Origin: Epiperipatus broadwayi
Lineage: Eukaryota > Animalia > Onychophora
Direction: 5' to 3'
Assembly (NCBI GenBank): GCA_028023455.1
Contig: JAQFVV010000009.1
Location: 15,500,001-15,564,000 of the forward strand
Length of the DNA stretch: 64,000 nt
Positions 25,684-38,800 of this stretch are shown here, in pieces (the stretch's first letter is position 1; each line of letters begins with the position of its first letter). The translations under genes and the position numbers were made by a program. The notes below the pieces were generated by a model. It ran no database searches. It saw only the letters and a program-made list of their open reading frames with translations, and was not told where the DNA came from.

Positions 25684-27818
25684 TGTAACGATATATAAAT
25701 ATGTCGTTACATTAATTTAAAATAAAAACTTAAAAGTTCGCAAATAAAAGTAAAAAACTAAACGCTAAAATTAAAACATTGTTAAACGTGTATACATTCG
25801 CACAGATGTTAAACTTTAAAAATTTTTTTTTTTCATAAACAAAAAAAAAAAGTATTTGAATGTATTTTTTTTAAATAAAAAAATACAAGATTGAAATATA
25901 AAAATATTTTAATAAAAAAATAACGTAAGTTAAAATAAAAACAGGTATTAATTAATTCCTGTAATCTATAAAAGGAAATGATTGTTTATTAATTATCTAA
26001 AAGCTGTTTAATTAAAAAGTCAGATGGAAAGTTAGATAAGAGAAGAAAGAGATTTTAGCTTGACAAATGGAAGCACTAAGCCTTGGCCCGGACCATAACG
26101 AAAAAACAGATTAGTGACGTTTTGTTCAGTGAATCCTTGTGGATGATATAAAAAGAAAAAAATATTGAGTTGAAGAGCTTTTTCAACTTGGTTGGGTGAG
26201 ACGAGCGATAAAGACGCGCTTTATCGTTCTCTCTCACTTATCTCTGAAATGGAATGACTGATACCATGAACCAGCAAATGCCACCTCCTGAACATTAGAT
26301 CGATCTTTCAATTAAAGACTCCGTGGACATTGACACCAGGAACCGGGAGTTCTGCTACCGTAAGCTATAGGAAATGAACAATTCTTAAAATCAATCAAGA
26401 ACTTTCGTCAAGTTGAACAAATTAATAAACAAGCCGACTTATTTAAAATGGACTCTTATCTGACTTTTTGTAAGTTTAAATCAAATTAATAATGGTTAAT
26501 TTTATATCTTTCCCGATTGTGAAAAGAATCATTTCCCTTTTAATATTTTTATGTGTAGTAATATTTTATTGTAGAAATTATTAAATGCATTACATTTAAG
26601 TTGTCTATAGACGCTTGCATGGATTCGTTTGCGGTTAATTAGATTTTGGTTTTCATATTTGATCAAAATATATAGACATTCGATAAATAATGATACCTTA
26701 CGGTGAGTATCTAAAATGTATTTATTCGGATGTCTTTTAAGTTATTGGTGACAACGCAAGTATCTTATGGTGAATACTATTGGGTTACTTATAAGTTTCC
26801 CTCTGCGATTGTCGGTATCAATAATTTTGTATTTTGATCGTTTATGTTTATTTTGAAATGTTTTTGACCGTGGAATCTGTGTAATCGATCTATACCCAAC
26901 ATTTTTAAATAAATCTGTGCGAACGTATATAAATGTTAAAATTAAGTCGGGCGCGAATGGCTATATAGTTTTGTAAAGTTGTATTAAGGGAGGGTAATCT
27001 TAGGTTATTCATTTCGTAGTTGAATTGGTTCAATGGATTGGATATATTTGTGTAATTAGTAGATGTAGTATGAGATCCGCTACGGGCAGGATTATAGATA
27101 TACGCCACACACCCTCTGTTTGCCTATGGATGGGTTTGTAAGTCGGCAGAAGACCGCAGTCCATTCCTATGGAGTTTTTAGTTTATTGATCTACTTGCCC
27201 ACAGATGTCACATTCCTGTTGGTGGAGAGTCAATGTCTTCTCTATTTCTACTTATTGTTCAGATGTACATTCCTGACAATATAGTATTTTGTGTTGTCGT
27301 ATCATGCTACATTGAATACATGAATGTATCAGATGGATTGGCGCCAGTTGATTGCGAAATTTGTTGCCTAAGGTTAAATCAGGGAAGAATATTTTCCTTT
27401 CAAATGCAGACCTATGTAGTCCATTCATACTCGACCCTCTAAATAAAATATTAAACATTATAGCAAGCTATTTTAAATGTAAAATTAAAAATTAAGATAA
27501 AAATCTAAATGTTAAACTTATTCCTCGAATTTAGAATGATTTTATATGTGCGTAAATAAATATTTTTCTGTGTTAATTTCTGGCAGTGGCTTTTATTATT
27601 TTATTCTTTTATATTTAAGATATAAAATTTATAGATTTTTATCTCGGCGTCTCCGCTGAGCTAGTGACAATGGGCTAACGATCTAAATATGTAAATAAAG
27701 TGGAATCCTAACAGCGCGTATCTGCCTACTTTATAAATTTTTCTAGGCTCAAATGCCTAGATGGCGCCCTTTGGTAGTGCGGTGCGATGCGATCTCCCAC
27801 TTCGTTTGGATTGTTATA
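25684..27818. mobile_element. 2.1-kb CpG-rich insertion with TGTAACGA...TTGTTATA termini (solo-LTR-like or TGT..ACA DNA-transposon derivative)
   Basis: Splits the Gypsy RNaseH codons HQYIY|GQ inside an (AT)n run; CpG density is far above the flanks; no paired LTRs or long ATG ORF. Confidence 0.8.
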
Positions 27819-30491
27819 ATATATATATATTGATGGAATTTCTGTATTCCAAAGAATATTGCTAGAGCCTCTTTGTCATGCTGTCTGTCGTCTCTGCATT
27901 TGTTAGTGTTCATGATGCATATGCTATTGGTCTCTCACCATTGTATGTGGTGTGTGTTAACACCACTCCCACTCCATAGTCTGATGCACCTGCTATTTAT
28001 ATTATCTCCAAGTTGCTGTCATAATGTACTAGCAATTTATCTGATATTAGTAAATAAAGATTTTGTTCTGATGAATGCATTCTCTTGGGTAGTTGCCCAT
28101 TCCCACTTTTGATTTTTCTTCAGTAGGTTATTTAAAGGTTGGCACATGTGCTTTCTCTTTAAAAAAAACTTAGTTCCAGAAATGCCTGAAGTTCTTTCAC
28201 AATTTTTGGTATGGGTGAATTTTGAACCACTCTGATTTTGTCTGATGCTGAGGCTTTTCTATCATGTGATATGAAATGCCCCAGGAACTTTAATTTTCTG
28301 TTATTCCATATGCATTTTTCGACATTCAGTGTTGCTCTGAAAGTTTTGAGTTTTTTATACCCCCAATTAACTCTATTTCTGAGGATGTTTTCTGAGTTAG
28401 CTGTAATTAATATGTCTTTGATATGGGATTATTATTTCTAACCCATTAAGCAACATATCCATATTTGTGCGACACAGATCCCAAATAGCAAATGGTTATA
28501 GTTAAATAATCCTAAGCGAATTGCAATTATTAATAGCTTTGAAGTTTTCTTTGCACACTGGTATTTGGTAAAAACCTACATAAAAATCAATTTTAGAGAA
28601 GATGAAGTTTGTAATAGTGCTAGGATTTTTATTGCATCGGGGAAGATAGGCATTTTTAGACAGGTTTTTGTTGTCATTCTGTAGTCTCAACAAATTCACA
28701 CCTTCTAATCTGGTTTACTATGATGATGGGAATAACCCACCTTGAATCTTCTGTTGAGCTTAAAATGCCCTTCTGTATTAAATCATTAAGTGCCTCTTCT
28801 ACTTTCATTCATTGTGCAAACATGTCTTACAGATGATTGGGTTTGAGTTGTCTTTATCTCCCCCAATTTTGATTTTAAAAAATTAGGAATTTATTTTGAA
28901 TTTTTTTTTCAATATAATTTTTTTTATTACATTAATGGTAATCCAGACAAGTTTAAACCAGTTCCACCCAATTAGTGGGTTTGTGTCTGGAAACTATGTA
29001 TAAAGATAATATTTTCATTTACACTTTTACTACTTTTAAATAATTCCACCATATTGCTGTTGTAGATCTTTAGCACTTAAATTTGTTTTCTCATTTTTAG
29101 GAGAATTGCATCTGTTAACAGTGATAACTTCCCAATCTCTAAAGGACATTAATGTAACACCTGAGCCACTACCAATCTCCATTTTGAAATATTTCCCTTC
29201 AATCAATAATGGAAGTTTAAATTCAGCTTCAATGCATTTTAGATTTTTAATATTAATGTTACTTTTGTCATTCCTCTCAGCTTTTGGTTTTTGGCATACT
29301 CCGCTAGATGGCGTTTCAGTCCACAGTTTGTACAGTTGTCCCGATTTTGCATACAATTTCAAGCTTTGTGACCCAATTTACCATAGCAATAATAATTAAT
29401 TTTATTATCGTTTATACTCCTTGTTCCATTTTTTTTGTTCACTAGTTTTTTAATTATATGATAATGGTTTTCATTAGAATTGATATCCAAATATTCTTTT
29501 AGATTGTTCAATCACTAATTTGTATGCAATACCTCTTTTGATGGCATCTTTATAATTTAGGTCCATATCTGTCAGTAGTGATTTTTAAAGCTTAGTCTTG
29601 GACATATCCCACAGCAATAATTCTAAAATGACCGCTTTCAGAAAATGCCCATAGGCACAAATTTTTTGCCAAATCTCTGAAGGCTATATGTCATATTCTT
29701 TAAAACTTTCACCTTTTGTTTGATGCTAATTTCTAAAATGTAGCCTCACAAGGTGTTTTGGAGGAAGGCAAAAATGTGCCACTAGTTTTTCAACTACTTT
29801 ATTGTATGGAAGGCTTTCAGCTTTTGCTAATTTGCAAAGATGGTTTGCAATTTCTAAAAGTTTCAATCCTGTGAAACCTAGTAATGTGGCTACTTTTACA
29901 TCATTTTCCATAATATTGTTTACTAAGATAAATTTTTTCGATGTGTTTTACGTATAGTGACCAATTGGTAGAATTTTCAAATGTCAAATTCACGAAACCT
30001 AGTAATGTGGCTATTTTTACATTATTTTCCTTAATGTTGTTTACTAAGAAAAAAATTTTCAATGGGTTTTATTTCAATGTCAAATTCTCCAATCAAATTT
30101 GCAAGATGGTGGCGATCACTAATAGTAATTATTATTTTAATTATCCAAATTGCTCATGTTCTAGACTTTTTTGACTATGCAAAATGTACTATATTCCACT
30201 ACAATGGATTGAGTGGTGTGAGTTATTACATTCCACTACAATGGGTTGAGTGGTGTGAATAAAAAACAACCAAATCCTTAATTGGATGTGTAATAAAATT
30301 TAAATAATATACAGTTATAATGATAGCACTGAATGTTACTAAACAGTTTTTAGCTGTTCCTTATTAAAAATGTCTGAGTTTGGCTTTCTCTTTTGATTCA
30401 AAGAATGGCAGAAACATGCAAGTCATATGATCAGCAATATTTATTATTTACAAGATACAGTTAGTAATATATAAATATAAGGTAAATTATA

Positions 30492-30620
30492 ACTTATGTA
30501 AAGTTATAATTTACCTTCTTCTTCTTCCACAGCTTGATTAATCCCACTTCAAGTGACCCTACTTGAAATAGGATTAATCAATCTGTGGAAGAAGAAGGTA
30601 AATTATAACTTTAGATAAGT
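30492..30620. repeat. ~130-bp near-perfect hairpin (MITE-like palindrome)
   Basis: acttatgtaaagttataatttaccttctt..cttccacag..gattaatcc..ttcaagt pairs with acttgaa..ggattaatc..ctgtggaagaagaaggtaaattataactttagataagt around a short loop. Confidence 0.9.
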
Positions 30621-30859
30621 TCTTTTCTGAAAAGCGAGATTAATCCTGCCATATATACAACTTTTTTTACTCCTAGAGAATTCATGTATGTCCGAATTTT
30701 GCAAACACTCATGACTAATCGGTTATTTTTTCTTCTTTTATTCTGAGTAGTACTTTTCAATATGGGGTGAACTAAATCAATCAATAGTGTTTTCTGGTTA
30801 TCAGTCAACTGTCCTTTAAGTATATCACAAGAAAAAAATATATTGGTAAAGAATATAAA

Positions 30860-32050
30860 ATTTACCAAATGTTATTTAAGAAAAGTGATAAAGAGGATAT
30901 TAAAAATTATAGACAATCTTCTACCACTTCTATACAAAATCTTTACTATGATAATTACAACACATCTACAGCAAACTTTGGGTTTTAACCAATCAAAAGA
31001 TAAGTGAATTTAAAGATAGTTTTAGCACAGTTAATTACATTTCAAGTATTGAGAAAAGTTATAGAAAGGACCAATAAATGTGAGTTATTATGCTTTGGAT
31101 TTGTAGCTTATAACAAAACATTTGATTCTTTTCATTTTTGATTAATGATTTGCAATATCAAGATGTAGGCTAAGACATTGTCATATTCTGATGAATATTT
31201 ATCAAAATACATCAATAGTGATTAGATAACACAGTGGTACTAAGATTAACATTGAGAAAGGTACAATGGGATGATTCCATATCTCCAAAACTTTTTTAGC
31301 AGTTTTACAGAAAGTATTTTGTGGATTAAAATGGAAATTAAGGAAATAAAAGTAAATAGATTACTTAAATCATGTAGATTTTACAGTTAATGTTGTCTTT
31401 GAAATAATGCTTCAGAGCTTCAGAAATGTTGCAAACATTATCAGACAAAAGAAAATAGAGCTAAAGATAAATAAAAATAATGGTGAAAAGATTTTATCAT
31501 TATGAATTAAAAGAAGTTAATATACAAATATCTTGGTCAGTATATTAATACACATGGCAACATAACAGGTAAAATTAATTGAATTAAACTTAGATAGAAT
31601 GCTGTTGATACAAACAATTTAGTATTAAAAAGAAATATGATTAAAAAGGAAAGTTTTTAATAAATGCATTTTACCAGTTCTTACTTATAGATCTGAAACT
31701 TAAAAACTTAACAAAAGAACACTACAGAAATTTCAGACCACTCAACAAAATATGAAAAGATGAGTGTCAGAAATAAGAAGAGGTTGAAAATGAAATATGT
31801 GAATGAAAGAACAAACTAATGTCATTAACATGATTGAAGAATTGGCAGACTAAAATGGGTTGAACTGGGCATAGAATATTTGAAGTTTTAAATTGAAACT
31901 GAAAAGATTGTAAAAAGTCTACAGACCATGTCAGGTGGGTGAAACAAAAAAGTATGCTAGTGACTATAAATCGGAGAAATAAATTTGAAAACTTGCACCT
32001 TGTAGTAAAATTGATATTGGTTGAAAATGATGATAATGAAATGTACATTG
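30860..32050 (+). mobile_element. Decayed RTE-clade LINE (RT and C-terminus)
   Basis: LFKKSDKEDIKNYRQ, YKIFTMIIT, GFVAYNKTFDS and C-terminal RP..RW motifs with frameshifts. Confidence 0.8.
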
Positions 32051-32149
32051 TGTAAGCACAAACAAAAAATTTAAATTTACAAAACTTAAATTTCATTTTT
32101 ATTTATTTTTAATTTTTTTTACATATATTTTACTTTTTTTTTAAGTGCG

Positions 32150-33150
32150 GATATGAAAATCATGGATTTGGGAGCAAAGTTATAGTCAAATATAATTTTT
32201 AATTAATGCAAAATAACAATTCATATTTACTGGTCTTCTCTGTAATATCTTTTAATTTATGGATGTGAACTACTATATAATACTATTTTTAAATCAACAA
32301 GTTTTGTTTTTGGTTAGTTTGAATCCAAAGTTTTCTGTAAATGAGTTATAATGATCTTAGCAAAAGTCTTATAAAGAATTATCATCATAAGATTGATAGG
32401 TTAAGAATTATTAATATCTTTTTTCTCTCTTTCTTAAATCTCAATATTACTAATGTATTGTTCCAATTAACTAGCAACAATTAATAGTTAACAACATTAT
32501 TGTTTGGTTGAAGTAACAAGCTGCTATCTAATTACTGCAATTATCTTCAACCAGAGTAACATATGTATTAATTGGAATATCCATGATATCTTTATTAATA
32601 TGGAATATATTATCATATACATCAAGAAAAGCTAGTATCCTGTATGACATTGAAGTACATAACATTTGAACAGTGGTTACAGAAATATTAACCATGGAAA
32701 AAGCTTTCAAAATATCAATCAATCTCTCGTTCAAGTGATTGGAAAAATCATGGAAGAAGTATGACATCAATTTTGCATGACTTTTATAAGTTTAAATATC
32801 TTCACTTTGGAAATGAGTGTTGGGTAGAAATAATGATTTCACTATGAGGTGGCTTCTGAAATCATGTCAATTCCACCACGTGCTTAATAAAAAGGCAAAG
32901 CCAGACAAACTTTTTCAGTGGTTGAGAAAAGGATAAATATTTATCCAACCATACAACATGATTTAAAGTTATATTCATGACATCATCATTTTTGCATAGG
33001 GTTACTCAAATAAGACATAGTGACTTTAAAATTGCAACTTATTCATAAAGGTCTTATTTGTGAATCTCATATTACAGTTAGAACTGAAGCGTACAGATGT
33101 GTGCTAATCTCTACTGCGATTCTATTTCCCTACAATGTTTCACAAAATTC
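32150..33150 (-). pseudogene. Decayed Penelope-like RT/thumb (and probable GIY-YIG) remnant
   Basis: Minus strand has a YA..DDV-like segment followed by NIYP.FSTTEKVCLALPF, resembling the PLE LN.IHP.IKFT.E.E...LPFLD motif; downstream sequence only weakly GIY-YIG-like. Confidence 0.45.
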
Positions 33151-33329
33151 ACTGGTATCTTTCAATAATCATTTGTTTTCTGCCACAGTTGATTCTAAAT
33201 TTATCCATTATTTTCCAATCTAGAAACATTTAATAACCTGATCCTTTTAAACTTATTTAGATCTGATATTTATTTTACCAAGATCATAAAAATAACATCA
33301 ATTTTTATCTGATATTTCTAATTTTCAGA

Positions 33330-34550
33330 ATTTTTTTTCGAGAGGTGGGGTGGAAGGGAGGTGCTGCGATGTGTTCCCGTTATTTTGTACAATTGATCAC
33401 GACGCAATAATTCATTGAAAAAATAAAAAGAAAGTAATAGGAAAATTACCACTGATGACTAAACAATTTACAGACATGCGTCAGAATCCACAAATTAAAG
33501 ATTTTTCGTAATCAACAAATCTTTCCGAGAAACCATTAAATCCATGAACTAGATTTTGATTTTTTAAATGAAACTAGAAAAAAAAAAGGGCAATTCACTA
33601 AATCTGGATTATCAAATTTTGAAACCGGCTCTAAAAAAGTCTTCAGATTTTTTTTTTTTTTTTGGAGTTATTAATGAATATATTTTAAAATACGACACAC
33701 TCTCTTTACATTAATTTAAAAACAGCTAATATAATTTCCTTCTGTAAATACTTTTTTTAAAACTAGAACAAAAACTAGTTATAACCGATAAGAATGCATT
33801 AAAATATTGACCTAAAATAACCTCTTGACATTAGAACTCCTATCTCAACATTCTTGAAATTCTAACCTTTAACGCATTTACGTATTGTATTAACTAACTT
33901 CAAAACACACTATTTTGCATGAGCTCAACTTCCTTCGCGAGTATCTTCTATTATTATTGATACAGTAAATGAAAATAAGATTCAAGTAAATTAAAAAATA
34001 AATAGATGCTATTATTATTTTCTCCCAATCGGAAAAGCTGGAATTATCTGAGGTTCCTCGGGCACTGATTAGAATAAGAATGAATGACAAGAAGCATCCT
34101 GAGACTGAAAGCTAGAAGCTATGAATCAGCCTGCTCTCCCACAACACTGTTCCTGACAGAAGCTAGACAATCTCAAGACAAAACAGGAAATCAAATACTT
34201 CACTTTTCTAATCAAGTTTTGAAGACTTGGGTACATCGATAATGTTTTTGTGTTTTTTTTAATTCTTTATAAAATTTTAAATTATTACTATTATCAACAA
34301 ATCAGCGTTATATAATTTCTATAATAAAAACGGCTGGGAGAAAAAGTGAAAAAAGCAGAGGCTGAAGAGCAAAGTTATCTTCACTAATTTAATAAATATT
34401 TGTATATAAAATGTTCTATACCTAAGGACAAATTTAGGAATAGGATACCATATTCAAAAGATATTTAATCATTAATGATAGTTCGCCAATGCTTGCCACT
34501 CTACATAATTTATGTCATTATTAATCAACGTTTCATTAAAATGCATTACA
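33330..34550. promoter_or_regulatory. CpG-retaining, non-repeat region: candidate unmethylated promoter/enhancer
   Basis: About 20 CpGs counted by eye in 1.2 kb against a strongly CpG-depleted background; no TE motifs recognised. Confidence 0.4.
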
Positions 34551-35752
34551 TCTATAATTAAAAGTGTGTGCATCAAAATATATGAAAGTTTTTTACTGTT
34601 GTAATAACATTCTAATTTTCTTGGGAAAGAAGCAATGTTTGAGAATTAAAATGATAGACTGAAGAATTATTAAATATGGATTCCTTTATCTGGAAATAAA
34701 TCCACAAACATTTACCTCTCAAATCCACATTTTCATTAAGTGAGCTAAACTTTTCTGGGTGACTGTTTTTTCTTAATGATTGAATTTTCCCAAAAAAAGT
34801 ATATTCTTGAAGGCATAGAATAAGTGGTTTCCAATATTTTCTATATTTTGGTTAAAAAAAAAAAAAGCCATATTCATTCATTCTCTGCTTATATAATGCA
34901 CAATTGATTCAATTTACCTTAAGCAGTTTCAATAGAAACAAAAACTGAAGGTTCTAAAATTGATTTTCAGCCAAATATTAAAAAAAAAAAACCAGCTGGA
35001 ATTAACTGAATTGAATTATTCAAAACTCAATCTCCATAGGGTGTCAAATGTGACATGATCTAATCGATTTAGCACACAATTGCTCTATTATATTAGCAGT
35101 GATATCTATAACCAGTATTTTTTAAAAGATGATTTTTTTTTTTAATGTTTGTTAATTGTAACTCTAGATCTTATTAGTCTGCATCCAAAACCAACTTACT
35201 TAATCTCAGGCTTGTTAATACATGCATACATTCTCAATTATTCACAATGAAATTTCTAATTATTTTTGTCAGTCAAGAATTATACCAAAATTTTTACTCA
35301 CTAATGCAGATTTCTAATATTAAGACTATTTCTCACAAAAAATACCTCAAAGACATCAATATAGATCAAAAGATTTGTTTGCAAGAAACAAAATTGATGT
35401 GTATATGGTATGTAAATAGTGTATTAAAAGTCAAGCTCAATAGCCAATTTTAGCTTATAAATTAAACTTTAACTATTCATAGTATTACTTAAAATATTTC
35501 CACCATTATCATATTTTTTATCGGGCGAGTTAATAATCAGAACTATAGTTAATTTTATCTTATAAAATAAATTTTAATCATTCATAGTATTTTTCATCAT
35601 TATTATAGTTTCTGCAACATATGGATTGTGTAAATGAAAATGATTGTATGGAGGAATGCATGGAAAATATTTACCTTGGTGAAAGCTTTCTCAATAATTT
35701 ATATGGTCCTTTTTAAAATCAAAGTAGATCCATGTAAATGTTGATGCACCAG

Positions 35753-35870
35753 TTGAACAAGAATTGCTGTACCAAATGGAAGTAAGTTTATTACACAATA
35801 CCTGTAAAATGTTGAACAAGAATTGCTGTACCAAATGGAAATAAGTCATTACACAATACCGGTAAAATGT
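35753..35870 (+). repeat. Tandem duplication of a ~59-bp unit
   Basis: ttgaacaagaattgctgtaccaaatggaa..attacacaatacc.gtaaaatg occurs twice in tandem. Confidence 0.9.
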
Positions 35871-38800
35871 GACATCTCCTAAGACAGTGATCAAGGCAAT
35901 AAATACTAGCACTTATCTGACTAATCCACATTAGCCTTGATTTTTATCCTTTAAATAATAAATAATAGCTAGTTATCCATTTACTGATCAAATAAATAAT
36001 AGATATCCATTTAATGATCAAATAAATAATAGTGAGATGATTAGATGCCAATTGGACAGTTCACTAAGCCCAGAGTCGAAATTCATATCATAGATATGGC
36101 AGATGGATGTCTAATAATCATTTTATTGTATGAAGTCATCACAACTGGACTAATACAACCAATCATGATTGTTTCCAATTTTTTTAAAAAACAGAGAATA
36201 TATAATATAATCATGTAGAGGGCTTATAAGAATGTTTGGTATTAGACTCACAAATAAGTGATTATATTAATTACTATTTCTTTTGTTAATTTATAACCTA
36301 TAATAAAATTATTGGGAAAATATATAATAAACACAAGATCTCACATATAGAAACGCAGTTATCATTAATCAAGGTAAAAAATAATAAAACAAAGTATATA
36401 ATTCAGCTAGCTTGCATTTATTTTGTATTTATCAACAGTAATTCAATTGATATCATTTTATTCATGAAGTGCTACTTTATATTATAGCTACACAGCAACC
36501 ACTTTTTACTTCTACTGTATTGTTTTGGTAAATAGCTTAAAATTTTCAAACACCCTAAGATTTTGAACCCAGATATCCTTAATTTAGTTATAATAGATCT
36601 GTTACAAACTATATTTTATTGGAGATAATTAATATAAACTAACTGAAGATATCTTTGATCTCTTGGTAATGATATACATTAAAACAAAGTAACCCACAAC
36701 TTCTCTAGCTATAGTTAAATGAGTCATTTAATCACAGTAATTCATATCATTAAGTAAAAAAATTAGTAGATGCTAGATGATAGTGACAAATAATAAAGTT
36801 AATTAAACTGTTGTTGGACAGCAATACTAAGAATCATATGGCATTTAACTGAAAATTAATTAGATCCATGTTTAAGAACATTTTAATAAAAGAACAAAAA
36901 TGGCTACAATTAGCCTATACTTGAGATTATTAATATATATAGATACAAACTTTGTATCAATATTTATAGCAATAATTGTTATTATTTCTCTTGTGTGTGA
37001 TTCACATTAGGTAACACAATATATTGCAAATAATGAGCAATTTCATGTTTTTTTTATTTTTACAATATTGTACTTTGTTGTATCTTGCATTCTGATTGGC
37101 TATCAATATTCATTAGGCTATAAATTTTTAACACTTTTATAATGTACACACCTACAGAGCTAAACAAATAACCTGGTTTGAATTCAAAATTTTAAAAATG
37201 TTTGCCAGTTCAAATCATTATGGTGAATAGCATTTATGTAAATAAACAGTAAAGGGTACATCGGTATAATGCAAAGCAGTAATTCCAATTAAGAAAGGCA
37301 ATAATACAGAAGTAGATCTGGAAATTTGACAATAAGCATCTAATATCCACTGTATACTTGCATTTAGTTGTTCAGAAGTAATATACAAAAACTATGGTTG
37401 TCATATGCATATTAATGTAAACTAAATATGAGTTATGTGATGTTTGTATAATATAAGTTGTTCATATATTTAATTATAATACTGCCTAACATAACTTTCC
37501 AAAATAATATTTTACTAAACAATTATTAAGTTAATTTGGTTATAAATGGACTTTTATATACACAACAATATCAATTTATCAAAATTAAGAAATATAAAAC
37601 TTGCCTAAATAAAATAAGATCTATTGAAATTTGTATGCATATTCAGTTTATGCTGAACTATAATTTTTTAAAATATATATGCCAAATATTGTGTCCAAAA
37701 GATGAAAATATTTATCAATAAAGTGTTTTAACAAGTAATATCATTTGATCATCTCAGTATTAATTAACCATTGTTTTAAATGAATTCTGATATTTCAAAT
37801 TATAAAATTTTACTAGCAAAAAATAAATTTAGCACACAAAAAAAAACTATATAAAAAATTGATTAAACATGAGATTTAAAAATAAAGGCATGTTAATAGA
37901 CCTAACATCTATATATATCATTTTTATGCCTGCATAATGCCAGCAATAATTTTCAAATTATAAACATCCAGTTTAAGCTTAATATTAACAGAAATCTACG
38001 CAGTCTATACATGCACTTTTTACACCTTCGTTTCCATCTTTCTTTCTAGTTTCAGAAAATTTAAGTTTTATTTTTCTCTTAGTTTTTTTAATGTTAAGGG
38101 AATAATATTCATCGTGAAAATTACATTGGAAAAAATACAATTTTAGACCGATAAGCTTTTGGAATGAACGTTATTGGAAGCCAATGATAAGTATTTATTT
38201 TTATATTTTTTTTAATTATTATTTGAATTTATATTTGATTAAAAAATATAGGAAAAAATTATTATTGAAACTAACATATATGATGATCAAAAAAATAGGG
38301 TGTGATTGTATAAATTTATATCATGAATTATCTGCATTTTTTTAGTATGATGTGGGCTTGGGTCCAGTATTTGAATTAGGTGATAAGAGACAAAGATAAA
38401 CATATTTTGCAAATATTATGATTCGATTTAGTTTTTTCTATAATGTCTTGTTTGCATTTTAATAATAATAAAAATATGCAAATGCTAAAAGTAAAGATTT
38501 TGATAGTACATAAACTTAGGCCAATTATACACTAATGCAATGTAAATTTCAAAGCTGCATATAAATTTATGGTCAGTAGCATGAAGCAATAACAAATTAA
38601 AAAATCCTCTTTCTTTTCAAAAATTTTATTTTTTTATATTAATACTGAACATATTTATATAATACAATCTCCAACATTTCAACTGTTTTATATTATTACA
38701 GACATTTTCAAGGATCTGCAATAACATCAAGAAATACATATTTATAAATAAAACCTTAATTACATAAAATTTTCATCTTATATTAATATAAACAGTAACA

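Larger units (their letters stand above)
23960..30230 (-). mobile_element. Decayed Gypsy LTR retrotransposon (gag-protease-RT-RNaseH-integrase) interrupted by two nested insertions
   Basis: gag NDVKVATLL..HFC (29726-29911); protease MEIGSGSGVTLMS (29036-29362); RT KIDFYVGFYQIPV and KFLGHFIS; RNaseH ASDYGVGVVL, RPIAYAS, KFHQYIY|GQNFMVITDHKP, HADALS; zinc finger GHPGVVHMKA; integrase ARGIKHMQSAPYYLESNGLAE. 3' LTR not found. Confidence 0.92.
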
